64,000 nt of DNA from a virus: positions 32,001 to 96,000 of IMG/VR virus record IMGVR_UViG_3300009509_000004; one strand, given 5' to 3'. The notes under the pieces are model-generated. The model was not told the origin of the DNA. It did not search any database and was given only the letters and a program-made list of their open reading frames with translations. Positions within the stretch are counted from its first letter, which is position 1, and every line of letters begins with the position of its first letter. The position numbers and the translations under genes were made by a program. This document shows, piece after piece, positions 20,571-30,262 of this stretch.

Positions 20571-21680
20571 CTACCTGAATGAAGGATGCGCTGGGGTTGC
20601 GCAACCGATTGGTGCCCTGTACATCTTGATGATCTCGATGATCTCTTGATCGTCAGTGATGCCAGCCATGTACGGTGAGCGCTCGCTTACCTCTGCCCCT
20701 GTTTTGCCATACTTGATCTTGTGCCCATCAGTCCACTCTTCAAGCACATCTCCGATCACTGGTGGAGGTGGCGTTGGCGGATCTGATGGATCAGCCAAGT
20801 AGATGGGTGACTTGGTCAGCTTTTCGATGACCAACTTGAGCAGCGCCCGCTGGATGAGCTTGGGCACACTCATGTCCTCTTCAACAAATCCAAACGTGCC
20901 CTTGACCTCTTGGTTTTGCCTCCCTTTGTCAAACCACAGCCTGCCAATCCTGATTGGCGCTGTGTAGATGTCCCTGTACTCTGTTGGCCCAACCAACTTG
21001 ATGCGCGGGTTGCGCCTGTCGTCAGGGTATCTGATGCCGTTGTAGACCTTGTACAGCTCTGCGTCAAGCTCAGATGGGTCTCTGTTCAGCTTCACATAGT
21101 CGATGCTGATGATCGGCACGCCAAAGTGAAGCGCATCTGAGTCAGTCCCATCAATGGACAAGATCATTGACTTTGGGATGAACCACTGACGGCACGCCCT
21201 TTCCAAGAACGCCTGCCATGTCTCGATGTAGGACAAGACAAGCGTGTCTGGGAATTTGGTTGTGTCTGTGAGGCCTGCGTCACGCACATCCTGGATGTTG
21301 ATGTATGTGTCAACGGTTGAACCCGCTGACTGGACCAACACCTCAAAGTCCTCTTGCCCAGCTTGGTATGGCGCACCAGCGCTGATCTTCCAGCGCCATT
21401 CAATGCGGTGTGTGCCTATGGGCTCTGTAAGCTCTGGTGTCCAGCCCTTTGCTGCCGCATTGTCATATGCGAAATATGACCCAACACCAAAGTGCCCAGC
21501 GCCGCTGCCAACAGGCTCATAGCCACCACCAGATGGGAACACTTGAACGCCAGGCAGACCTCCTGTGATGTCAAAAATCCTGAATCCAACTTCATAGGCA
21601 TCAGTCAGGACGCCATTGACGGTGATGAACCAATTCAGGATCGCCTGTGTGTTCTCCTGTCCTCTGGAGAGTGCTGGCAT
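20571..21680 (-). CDS. Head-tail adaptor with an N-terminal extension
   Basis: YINIQDVR...FLERACRQWF...GRQNQEVKGTFGF...VPKLIQRA pattern of adaptors. Confidence 0.7.
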   Translation of the reverse strand: MPALSRGQENTQAILNWFITVNGVLTDAYEVGFRIFDITGGLPGVQVFPSGGGYEPVGSGAGHFGVGSYFAYDNAAAKGWTPELTEPIGTHRIEWRWKISAGAPYQAGQEDFEVLVQSAGSTVDTYINIQDVRDAGLTDTTKFPDTLVLSYIETWQAFLERACRQWFIPKSMILSIDGTDSDALHFGVPIISIDYVKLNRDPSELDAELYKVYNGIRYPDDRRNPRIKLVGPTEYRDIYTAPIRIGRLWFDKGRQNQEVKGTFGFVEEDMSVPKLIQRALLKLVIEKLTKSPIYLADPSDPPTPPPPVIGDVLEEWTDGHKIKYGKTGAEVSERSPYMAGITDDQEIIEIIKMYRAPIGCATPAHPSFR

Positions 21681-21692
21681 GTTGGCCTCCTG

Positions 21693-22472
21693 TTACAGCA
21701 CGCCCATCCAGAAGCTCTTTGTGGTCTGTTTCCAGCCTTCAAACTCTTCAGGCGCACTCTTGTTGACTTCAAATTCCTCAATCCCCTTCTTGACCTTGTC
21801 ACCGCAAGCCTTCTCAGCAGCCTTCTTGGGCTTCTGAGCAGCCGCGCTGCTGGGCAAGTTGGTCTTGGCAGCCGCCTCCAGCTTGCGTTTGGCCTCAGCC
21901 ATTGCGCTTGCAGGGAGATCTGACTGTGACAACCTCGCCAGCGCGTTGCGCAGATGCGGCAGGTCAACCTTGCCATTGGCATCCTTGAACGGCAGCTTGC
22001 GCAACGACCTCGGCACCGTCTTGCCATCCTTGTCTTTCTTGCCGCCAGGCAAGATGACCGCGAATGACGAGTCAGGCAGGTCATTGATCGCTGCAGCGGT
22101 CCAAACCGCCTTCTCAACATCGACGCCCTTGGTCACGCTCATGTCACTCTTGGGCTTGAAGCTCGTGACTCGCTCCACCTCGATGACTCCGCCAAATTCA
22201 AAATCACCACTCTTGTTGCGAGTGTATTTGAATGCGAAGTGCTTGGTTGGCTCCTGCCCCTTGTAGGTGGAGAACACCGCACGATCCTGGAACGCCTCGA
22301 CCAGCCATGCTCCACCATCCTTCTCTGTGATGTTGAGCTTGCGCAGGACGTGAGCACGCCCCGCTTGACTCAACTTGTTGGTGAACATGTTGATCGACTC
22401 GCCCTTCATCATGGGCACGTTTTGCTTATGGACGATGACCTCCATGGTCGTTGTCTCTTGCGCGTCAGCCAT
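21693..22472 (-). CDS. Putative internal head protein
   Basis: AVWTAAAINDLPDSSFA...RKLPFKDANGKVDLPHLRNALARL resembles a domain seen on prohead-protease/scaffold proteins. C-terminus KSFWMGVL matches the scaffold. Start moved to MADAQ, which has a GGAGG RBS. Confidence 0.6.
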   Translation of the reverse strand: MADAQETTTMEVIVHKQNVPMMKGESINMFTNKLSQAGRAHVLRKLNITEKDGGAWLVEAFQDRAVFSTYKGQEPTKHFAFKYTRNKSGDFEFGGVIEVERVTSFKPKSDMSVTKGVDVEKAVWTAAAINDLPDSSFAVILPGGKKDKDGKTVPRSLRKLPFKDANGKVDLPHLRNALARLSQSDLPASAMAEAKRKLEAAAKTNLPSSAAAQKPKKAAEKACGDKVKKGIEEFEVNKSAPEEFEGWKQTTKSFWMGVL

Positions 22473-22482
22473 TTTGGGCCTC

Positions 22483-22791
22483 CTATGGATACAAATCAGT
22501 TGGGTGAAATGGAGAACCAACAACAATGTCCTCCCCACCAGTCGTTGTGTCCTTCTCTTTGTAGTACGCCTGCAGGACATCGCCCGTCCTTGGCGCTCTT
22601 TTCAACTCAATTGTTGAGTCGCTGGTCTCTGTCCAGCCCCATTTGTCATCATCCGGTTCATACACCTGGCCATTCCAGATGAGCCTCAGCGTTGTCTCAA
22701 CGTACCTGGATGGCGTAGTGAACTGCTTGTTCACGCCATTCACGACGCCTGTCAACGCCAAGATGGATGATTCATGAAACTGACCAGCCAC
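22483..22791 (-). CDS. Small virion beta-sandwich protein
   Basis: LTGVVNGVNKQFTT...LIWNGQ...APRTGDVLQAYY. Confidence 0.55.
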   Translation of the reverse strand: MAGQFHESSILALTGVVNGVNKQFTTPSRYVETTLRLIWNGQVYEPDDDKWGWTETSDSTIELKRAPRTGDVLQAYYKEKDTTTGGEDIVVGSPFHPTDLYP

Positions 22792-22794
22792 TCT

Positions 22795-23211
22795 TCATCT
22801 CCACTTTGCTCTGATCTGTGGCCAGCCCCAATGGCCTGCCACAACCCCTCCAGCCAACATAGCTGCAGGATGTGCTGTTAGCTTACCTGCCATGTCCAAA
22901 ACTAGCAAAAGAACGGCAGCAGCCAGCAATATCACAAGCGCCACGATCTGGTAGGTTTTCCAATGTACGGACACAGCAACGAATGGAATTGGAAACACGT
23001 TTTTGTCGCACAACTGCATCGGCCAAAATAGGTGACCGCAAAGAATGCCTGCGGCAAATGACGCAAAGGGGTGCCTCATCGCAAAGCTCAACACGATCAC
23101 GCTGATGGTGTCGCTTGGCGTAGGCTCGATGGCGACCCAGATGTCATACGCAATCAACCCTGCAATTGTTGCGATGACGATGATGGTGGTGAGCAATTTT
23201 GTGTTCATCAC
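22795..23211 (-). CDS. Multi-pass membrane protein, holin candidate
   Basis: About four hydrophobic helices; internally duplicated GH-x-x-WP motif; basic C-terminus. Confidence 0.5.
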   Translation of the reverse strand: MMNTKLLTTIIVIATIAGLIAYDIWVAIEPTPSDTISVIVLSFAMRHPFASFAAGILCGHLFWPMQLCDKNVFPIPFVAVSVHWKTYQIVALVILLAAAVLLLVLDMAGKLTAHPAAMLAGGVVAGHWGWPQIRAKWR

Positions 23212-24011
23212 TCGCCCTCTGACACGCCATACAAAGTTGCAATTGCAACCGTCCCTGTGAACTTTGTGTCATTTTCCAACTTGATTGCCAGCTCCATCCC
23301 CTTTGATGCGTACAGGTCAAGCGTGCCACGCTCGTTGTACGGCCATCTGAAAATGTGGATCGGCTGCGTCATGCCTCTCCACCCGCTGCCTCCCAGGGCT
23401 GGCATGACTGGGTATGATGCTGATGCTTGGTTGATGAAGTCCATGATTGTCTGATAGACGTTCTGGGCAACTGCTTGCCCTCCTACCAGGATCTGGAATA
23501 ACACTGTGTCCGTCAGCTCGATGTCGCCGCTGAATTGGACCTCGACCGATGACAACCTGATGACCTTCCCTGCTGCTGGCGTGACCTTCCACTGCGAACC
23601 ATTTGACTTGTGGTAGGTTGCTGTTGCCGCGCCCGTCTGCGAGCTGTTGAATGTCACCGTGCCATTCTGGTAGTTGATGGTGTAATCCCCATCGCTCTGC
23701 CCTGGGCTGTTCTCTGCCTTCTCAACGCCTGCGACCTTGATCACAGGCTTGTACACGGCACGCAACGTTCTTTCGCCTGTGAGCTTGCCGTGCGTCACGT
23801 CAATCCACTTCTGATTTGCGGAATTGAACGTTGTTTGATCGCCGCTGTCGGTCAGTGTTTCATCCGATACCTGCTCAGCGCTTCCATACCACGTTGTCTC
23901 ATCGCACCAATTGGGCGATATGACATCAAGCCTGCTCCCTTCTGGGAGCGCCATGACACGGTGGCCTTCAGCGATGGCCTTCTGTGCTCTTGTGAGAACT
24001 ATCTCACCCAT
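23208..24011 (-). CDS. Putative virion structural protein
   Basis: Beta-rich, DYTINYQNGTVTF module; lies in the late operon. Confidence 0.55.
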   Translation of the reverse strand: MGEIVLTRAQKAIAEGHRVMALPEGSRLDVISPNWCDETTWYGSAEQVSDETLTDSGDQTTFNSANQKWIDVTHGKLTGERTLRAVYKPVIKVAGVEKAENSPGQSDGDYTINYQNGTVTFNSSQTGAATATYHKSNGSQWKVTPAAGKVIRLSSVEVQFSGDIELTDTVLFQILVGGQAVAQNVYQTIMDFINQASASYPVMPALGGSGWRGMTQPIHIFRWPYNERGTLDLYASKGMELAIKLENDTKFTGTVAIATLYGVSEGE

Positions 24012-24207
24012 TGTTCTCTCCTGGATCGCCCTTGACCTTGTAGTTCAAGATCGTGTTTGTGCCATATGTCTCCAGTGGGCATATCCACAGGGCAATCCCG
24101 TGTACCTCGCTCTTTTCATGCCCAGCAAGCGCCTTCTCACCGACCAAGACCATGTCCGTGGTCGGATGGTTTGGGCACTTGGGCGGAATTGGTCTTGCCA
24201 ACGCCAT
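24004..24207 (-). CDS. Small Cys/His protein
   Basis: CPNH...CP motif; translationally coupled on both sides. Confidence 0.5.
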   Translation of the reverse strand: MALARPIPPKCPNHPTTDMVLVGEKALAGHEKSEVHGIALWICPLETYGTNTILNYKVKGDPGENNG

Positions 24208-25400
24208 TATGGCCCCTGCTGTATGATGCCACGCTTCAGCTCATAGAAACCATTTGCGTTGACACCGACAACCGCCGCATTGGCGGATTTGTTTGAAACT
24301 GTCGCAACCAGGAAGTGGCCTGCGTCCCTCTCCAACTTGATTGGAGCGCCAAACTGCATCGCTTGTGATGCGCTGGCCTGGACAAATGCAATGAGCACAC
24401 GCAGCATGGCATCGTATGTGACCACGATTGCCGCCCCGTTTGCTGGTGCGGCCTTGAACTCAAGGATGTGCTTGTCAGGGCTGTCTCCATCCTCGATGGT
24501 GTAATCAGGCCCCAAACTCTTGGGCACCCCTCCAACCGTTACAGAGACATATGACGCAATCTCGACACAGTTGTGGGCAAGCTCATATTGCTCTGTCGCC
24601 CCGTCGCCTGTGAAATTCTCAACGCGATCTCGTTCCAACCCCTTGTACAGCCGCAACTCGCCACCAACGTCATCGGCAACGAGCACATCTGTGATGAAGG
24701 CCAAGTCGATGTTGGGGTCAGTTGCCAGGTCTGTGACATCCCTGTCAAAGAACAATGTTTCAGCACCAGTGGCCAACGTCTTGCGCACACTCAAGAAGAT
24801 CGGGTTGTCAGCCCGCGTGCGCGTGCCGACCTCGCCAAACACTCCGATCCGACCCACGCGCCAATCCTCTTCATCGACCTCGACCAAGATGCGCTTGAAC
24901 ATCTTTTGCAAAGTGCTGGGTGGGTCTGTGTCACTTGTGACCGCCGACATGTCCAGCCCCGCCGCCGTCCCTTGCTCGACCAACACAGTCAGAGCATCAT
25001 TTGCGTGCTCATCTCCCTGCTCCAGAGATCTGACAAATGTCAAATTCTGGTATGCCCTGGCAAGATAATCAGCCTTGAAGGTGGAATCTGCCTCAAATAG
25101 CGTGGCCACCTCTGATGCGATATCATACAGCGTGTCGCCCGCTTGAACTGTGTACACCTTTTGGACGGTGCCCACCGTCACGGTGACGGTGTTTCCCTCT
25201 GCAGGTGTCCCGCTGTAGATGACCCATCCAGACGGGTTGTTGTCAAAACCAAAGATGTTGCCGACTCCTGAGATGTCGGCAATCAAGTTGATCATCGTCT
25301 GCAGCTCGCCCCCTGGCCCCGTTGCAAGCGGGTTGCCATCTGGGCCCAGCAGCTGAACGCCCATCTCACCATTCGCGCCTAACTTTGGCAAGAACGTCAT
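24207..25400 (-). CDS. Putative virion structural protein
   Basis: Beta-rich; FTGDGATEQYEL...DYTI...APANGAAIVVTY module. Confidence 0.6.
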   Translation of the reverse strand: MTFLPKLGANGEMGVQLLGPDGNPLATGPGGELQTMINLIADISGVGNIFGFDNNPSGWVIYSGTPAEGNTVTVTVGTVQKVYTVQAGDTLYDIASEVATLFEADSTFKADYLARAYQNLTFVRSLEQGDEHANDALTVLVEQGTAAGLDMSAVTSDTDPPSTLQKMFKRILVEVDEEDWRVGRIGVFGEVGTRTRADNPIFLSVRKTLATGAETLFFDRDVTDLATDPNIDLAFITDVLVADDVGGELRLYKGLERDRVENFTGDGATEQYELAHNCVEIASYVSVTVGGVPKSLGPDYTIEDGDSPDKHILEFKAAPANGAAIVVTYDAMLRVLIAFVQASASQAMQFGAPIKLERDAGHFLVATVSNKSANAAVVGVNANGFYELKRGIIQQGP

Positions 25401-26089
25401 GGCTGAATCTCCTTTGCGAACATCAGGATGGATGCATGTTCCAACTTGGACAAATCATCCCTGACTGTCGCCTTCACATAGTCATCCGTCGCAAATGTGC
25501 CTTGCTTCCTGAGAATCAGCCCACCAACTCCAAAGTAGCCTTTGACCACATTGGGGCTTGCCACGATCACTTCAAAGCCGCCTGGTGCCGCGTCCTGCAA
25601 TACCTCCCTCGTGCGTCTCAAATTGGTGATTTGGTACACAACGTCACCGGCCTTGATCTCGATGAGCATCCCATTGGGCAACGTCGTCTCACCCATGAAA
25701 TTCTCGCCAAACTTGATGCTGCCGTCCTCAAGGATCAGACTGAGCGCCGATGTCTCAACATCGTAGGTCGCCCCTGGTGACCACGAATACACAACTGGAG
25801 TTGTGCTACCGTCAACCGCCATCTCGTTTGTCGGGGTTGTGTCTTCCAGGTATGCGATGATCGCCCCAGCGCCCGCTGTTGAGATCTGTGCATCGACCAA
25901 CAACCTGTTTGCGTTGTTGACACCTGCCAACCTGACCCCAGCGCCGTCCCTGATTTTGACCTCAGTGGCGGCACCTCCTGCTGGGGTGGACACCGCCACT
26001 GCCAACTTGTAAACACCGCCATCCAGGATGACGTTGACAGGGTTTCCCGCCGCATCATACAGTATGGCAGCTGGTGATTCGCCCGCCAT
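25397..26089 (-). CDS. Putative virion structural protein
   Basis: Beta-rich (MAVDGSTTPVVY); coupled to its neighbours. Confidence 0.55.
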   Translation of the reverse strand: MAGESPAAILYDAAGNPVNVILDGGVYKLAVAVSTPAGGAATEVKIRDGAGVRLAGVNNANRLLVDAQISTAGAGAIIAYLEDTTPTNEMAVDGSTTPVVYSWSPGATYDVETSALSLILEDGSIKFGENFMGETTLPNGMLIEIKAGDVVYQITNLRRTREVLQDAAPGGFEVIVASPNVVKGYFGVGGLILRKQGTFATDDYVKATVRDDLSKLEHASILMFAKEIQP

Positions 26090-26577
26090 CAGCTGATCGT
26101 CCTTGTGCGCGCTGTCTCAAACACGCCACTGTAAGTGATGGCATCGCTGACCGTAGCCAAAACTGTTGTGCCATCTGTGTCGTACACCTGCCACACAATC
26201 GGCGTTGGCGTGACATTTGTCGCCCCGCCCCCTGTGCGCGTGATTGTCTTTTCAACTATTTTCTTGAGCTTGGCCGCTGACTCCCACCAAATCACACTGG
26301 TTGGGAATGGGCTGGCTGCCGGCAGCACCTCTTTGTAGGCACCGCTCAAGAAGCCATCGCCTGGCCCCTCGTCAATGAAGTGAATGAGTTGCCTGACAAC
26401 GCCATGGCGGGTGTTTTCCCTCCCCAATGGCGTGTGCACGCCGTCGTTGTCCCTGAGTCGGAAGTATCCACTGACGTTTCGCATCGCCCCGACAGTGGTT
26501 GGATCGGTGCTCTCAGGATCTAGCTTGAGCTCATCTTCCTCCCGTGTGCCAGGGAATCTGTCTGGTGTCCGTGGCAT
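26089..26577 (-). CDS. Putative virion structural protein
   Basis: Coupled ORF in the late operon with a beta-rich C-terminus. Confidence 0.5.
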   Translation of the reverse strand: MPRTPDRFPGTREEDELKLDPESTDPTTVGAMRNVSGYFRLRDNDGVHTPLGRENTRHGVVRQLIHFIDEGPGDGFLSGAYKEVLPAASPFPTSVIWWESAAKLKKIVEKTITRTGGGATNVTPTPIVWQVYDTDGTTVLATVSDAITYSGVFETARTRTIS

Positions 26578-26578
26578 A

Positions 26579-27163
26579 TCATCCCTTTTTGTGAGCTTTG
26601 ACTCTCGTCACTTTCTTGGTGTGTTTTTGGTCTTGCGCAGGCATAGACACAGGGGTGTCCTCTTTTTTGCCGTCCTGCTCACCCTCGGCAGCCTCGCGCC
26701 CCAATTCATCTGCCTCTTCATCCTGAACTCGCTGCCACCTCTCAAATTTGGCAGCAGTCTCTGCAAATTTGGAGCTGATTGATTTGACCGCTCGCTCCAG
26801 CCCCTGAATCTGCCCTCTCAGTGCCATCACATTGTCAGCCGCTTCCTTGGCGATGGTGTTGCACAGCTCTGACATCTTCATGATGGTGTCGATGCGGATC
26901 TTGGCCTCAGCAGGCTCCATCTGCTCATCATCGACCAGCTTGTTGATTGGGTTGCACTCCTGGACCATTCTACCTGCCATCAGCTTGGCCGCTTCTGCGA
27001 CCCCTCGCCTGTGGTCCAGCTCTTTGTGCGCCTTCAGGATCTCATTGTCTGCGGCAAACACAGCCTCTTGTAGCCCCTCCAACCTGGAACGGCTGACTGG
27101 ATCTTTGATCTCCGACAGGGTATCATTGTTGACCATCATTTCCTCCAGCGTTATGTGCCCCAT
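26579..27163 (-). CDS. Coiled-coil hypothetical protein
   Basis: Heptad-rich, charged, 194 aa. Confidence 0.55.
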   Translation of the reverse strand: MGHITLEEMMVNNDTLSEIKDPVSRSRLEGLQEAVFAADNEILKAHKELDHRRGVAEAAKLMAGRMVQECNPINKLVDDEQMEPAEAKIRIDTIMKMSELCNTIAKEAADNVMALRGQIQGLERAVKSISSKFAETAAKFERWQRVQDEEADELGREAAEGEQDGKKEDTPVSMPAQDQKHTKKVTRVKAHKKG

Positions 27164-27194
27164 TGCGGGCCATTTACGCTATGACGCGCAGCAA

Positions 27195-28760
27195 TTATTG
27201 CTGCAAGCCCAGTGTGATGATGACGTCCCCAGACTTGACGCCCTTGGGGAAGTCCACCATGATGTCACCTGATGCTGGGGTTGTCCCAACATAGACATCA
27301 TTTTTGGTTGTGACGTTGCCACCGTACAGCAACCGACCGTTCAAGAAGATGAAGGCATCCACCGTCCCTGGCGTGTTCATATCGATGCTGAACGCCGTCA
27401 AGTCCAACGTGGCCGCTGGGATGTTGACCCCTTGGCCATAGTTGGTGGCTGCCACAAATATCTTGAGGCTCAAATCGACACCACCCATTTGGATGGCATA
27501 CTTGATCGCATCAGAAATTGATACAAACGTCCCTGAGCCTTCAAACACAGTCTTGAGTGCGCTGATCGAACCATTCGTTGCGTCGTCCAACGGCAATGGC
27601 GTTGTCTCACGCACCGTCTGAAACTTCACATCAGCAGAAGCTCTGACCGTATTGTCGCCAGCAGTCGCCCTGGTCTCGATGCTCGATGAGTCGATGACCC
27701 CAAGCGCCGTTTTGCCAACATTGATCGACTGCCCAGAGGTGTCAACTGAAATCCCCTCGGCAAAGTCGCTGTCTGCGGCATCGTTGTTGAACACATCGAC
27801 TGCCGACCCGACCTGAACTTGGGTCGTGCCCCCGTCGTTGCGCACAACTTGCCACAAGACGCTGCCGCCGCTTCCTGCTCTGAAAACCCACGCTTTGGTG
27901 TCAGCGAGTCTGATGTCAACGTCACCTGCGTCAACTTCCATGTACTCGCCGCCATCATACGCCCGATCCAACCCGCCAAATCCTGGGCTGATTGGGTCTG
28001 CCTCGCTCAAGTCGCCCCGATAGGCATCCTCACTCAAGCTGGCAAGGTCGTTCCTGTCCGTGTAGCTGAACACGATTTTCTTGCCCTGGATGTCTGCCGC
28101 TGGCACAGCTTCCAGATCGTCATACGTGGCATTGGGCCGCACAAAACTGATCTGCGCTTGATCGTTGCCGGTGAGCGTGAAGCTGTTTCCATCCGTTGCT
28201 GCGCTGCCGACCTGGAGCAATCCCCAGATACGTCTGTCAGAAGACAACAGCGGATCTCCTGAATCGCCATCAAAGACAGCAACCAGGTTCTTGGGCTTCA
28301 GGGCATTCTCGCCTGAATTTTCTGTGAGCGAATGAGTTGGAGGGCTGGTGAGCGGTGCCGCCAGCTGGGCAACTACTGCGCCCTTGCTGGTATTTGCGAT
28401 GGCAATGGGCCTGCTCGGTGGCTGGCCTGCGGATGCAAGCAGGACAGCGTTGTGCGTGGCCCCGACAGTGACGTCAGTGAGGTTCAACGTCCACTTGAGT
28501 GCATTCTTTTCCTCACATGAAGTCTGGCTGAACAGACCATACAATGACGCATCACCGCCAAAGACTGATGCCGGATCGTCGTGCCAATTCCCAGCCTGGT
28601 TGCCATGAATGACCCGCTTCATCTGCGAGATCAAAAATTCATGGTAATCAGCCATGTCAACGCTGGTTGTTTCAGCTGTTGCGATGGCTGCTGCTGACTT
28701 TGTATCGTCAAAGGTATCTGGCTTGTGGATCTGGTCAAGCCGCTGAAGTGAAACTGTCAT
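27195..28760 (-). CDS. Large putative virion (head fibre/decoration) protein
   Basis: Gly/Thr/Asp-rich and beta-rich; AAGGAGG RBS before MTVSL. Confidence 0.6.
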   Translation of the reverse strand: MTVSLQRLDQIHKPDTFDDTKSAAAIATAETTSVDMADYHEFLISQMKRVIHGNQAGNWHDDPASVFGGDASLYGLFSQTSCEEKNALKWTLNLTDVTVGATHNAVLLASAGQPPSRPIAIANTSKGAVVAQLAAPLTSPPTHSLTENSGENALKPKNLVAVFDGDSGDPLLSSDRRIWGLLQVGSAATDGNSFTLTGNDQAQISFVRPNATYDDLEAVPAADIQGKKIVFSYTDRNDLASLSEDAYRGDLSEADPISPGFGGLDRAYDGGEYMEVDAGDVDIRLADTKAWVFRAGSGGSVLWQVVRNDGGTTQVQVGSAVDVFNNDAADSDFAEGISVDTSGQSINVGKTALGVIDSSSIETRATAGDNTVRASADVKFQTVRETTPLPLDDATNGSISALKTVFEGSGTFVSISDAIKYAIQMGGVDLSLKIFVAATNYGQGVNIPAATLDLTAFSIDMNTPGTVDAFIFLNGRLLYGGNVTTKNDVYVGTTPASGDIMVDFPKGVKSGDVIITLGLQQ

Positions 28761-28799
28761 GCGCGCATCCTCCTTGTCGCCTTTGTCGCTCGCTGGCAA

Positions 28800-29264
28800 C
28801 TACTCAACAAGTGGATTATAGCGCTGCTTGCCTATCCTTCGCAAAGTTACCCTGGCTGCTGGCTGTTGAGCATGTGCCATTATTGTGAGCTGGACATCCC
28901 CTGCAAAACACACAAGTCTTTCACCGCCTTTCATGTTGACGGCATCATCTCGCTCCAGCCCCTCAGCTGAGAAGCTCACTTTGTCAAAAGTGTCAGGACG
29001 CGCCAATGTATATTGCACGCCCATGTAGCTGAACACGCCGCCGTCATCAATCTCGCCGCACTTGGGGCACACCAATTTTGCAGGACGTTTGCACTCAGGG
29101 TTGGGACAGCGGTGCCGCCTCGTGTAACGACGCAGCACCGTGATCCCTGATATGTCTTGTTGGAATTTGTGACTTTTCAGCAGCGTCAATAGCCTTTTGG
29201 CTTGCTCTTCATCATTGACATCTAGCTTGAAAGTGTCACCATTCGCTGTGTTGATCCGAAACAC
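28800..29264 (-). CDS. Hypothetical protein with a Zn-ribbon insert
   Basis: CPNPEC...CPKC. Confidence 0.55.
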   Translation of the reverse strand: MFRINTANGDTFKLDVNDEEQAKRLLTLLKSHKFQQDISGITVLRRYTRRHRCPNPECKRPAKLVCPKCGEIDDGGVFSYMGVQYTLARPDTFDKVSFSAEGLERDDAVNMKGGERLVCFAGDVQLTIMAHAQQPAARVTLRRIGKQRYNPLVE

Positions 29265-29340
29265 AACATGGCCCCCTTATTGGCTTACAGCCAAGCAAAG
29301 GAATTTGGCCCCAGGTCAGGTTGTCATCCGATTGCTCGGA

Positions 29341-29787
29341 TCAACCTCCCCACTTCTTTTTCTTGCCCTTCTTGTCCTCAGCGTCTGAGTCAGGCTCCGG
29401 TTCAGGCTCTGGGGTTGGCTCTGGTGCCGGTTCTGCCTTCGCCTTGGGCTTGGCAGGTGCCGGTGCCTTCTTGGCCTCTCCCTTCAGAAGCGCCGCCGCC
29501 CTCTGCTTTGCCTTGGACACATTGTCCTTGGGCCGCTTTGGTTGTTCAGCGGGTGCCTCTGCAGCCTTCTGCTTGGCCAGACGCCCCTTTGACTCGTCAA
29601 AGGGCAAGATGACCAACGCAGCTGCAAGCTGCTTGTGATGCTTCTTGATCCACTCCAGCTCTCCCTCAGTGATCTTCTTGGTTGAGCCAGGAGTGAAGTA
29701 CAACGCCCCTGGTTTGGAGCGTTCAACGCCCTCTCCAAATTCAATCTGGCAAGGGCGCACGCTTTGCGGTATCTGAATCAACGGCAT
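29341..29787 (-). CDS. Hypothetical head-region protein with a Lys/Pro/Glu-rich tail
   Basis: GGAGG RBS; PEPEPE low-complexity tail. Confidence 0.6.
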   Translation of the reverse strand: MPLIQIPQSVRPCQIEFGEGVERSKPGALYFTPGSTKKITEGELEWIKKHHKQLAAALVILPFDESKGRLAKQKAAEAPAEQPKRPKDNVSKAKQRAAALLKGEAKKAPAPAKPKAKAEPAPEPTPEPEPEPDSDAEDKKGKKKKWGG

Positions 29788-29826
29788 GTCAACCTCCTGT
29801 CAACAGTTTGAGGTGCCCTTGCGCCC

Positions 29827-30180
29827 CTATTGGGTCTCCAAAATTCTGTCGATCAGCTCGTTGACGGTGCCTTCGGTGTCCAGCTCCAGCTCTTCAGCGA
29901 TCTCGACCAGCTCTGCCTTCTTCATCTTTCGCAGATCAGCTTCGCTGTACTCTACAAGATCATCTCCGTCCTCATCCACATCGGTTGCGGCTGGGGTTGC
30001 GGCTGCTTTGGCTTTTGCTTTGTCACCTTCCAGCACAGTCACGGCAAACCCTGCTTGACCTTGATAATACTTGATCTCTGCAGGGTTGGTCAGAATCTGT
30101 GGCGACCCTTTCTTGAAAACGCGCCCGCCATGATCATGGGTCAGGCTGCCCCTCAGTTCAACTCGTGCTCTCAGTGCCAT
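29827..30180 (-). CDS. Post-capsid protein with a Rho-N/HeH-like helical domain
   Basis: DLRKMKKAELVEIAEELEL...GTVNELIDRIL; a common position just after the MCP. Confidence 0.7.
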   Translation of the reverse strand: MALRARVELRGSLTHDHGGRVFKKGSPQILTNPAEIKYYQGQAGFAVTVLEGDKAKAKAAATPAATDVDEDGDDLVEYSEADLRKMKKAELVEIAEELELDTEGTVNELIDRILETQ

Positions 30181-30225
30181 TTTTGTGTCCTCCAATCAAT
30201 GGCTAGTGGTTCACCTAGTGGATGA

Positions 30226-30246
30226 CGGGGCACATTCAGTGCCCCG
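30226..30246 (-). terminator. Hairpin after the major capsid gene
   Basis: CGGGGCAC-attca-GTGCCCCG 8-bp stem; no clear U tract, so it may be a stabiliser or a partial terminator. Confidence 0.45.
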
Positions 30247-30262
30247 CTTCACCACAGATGTG

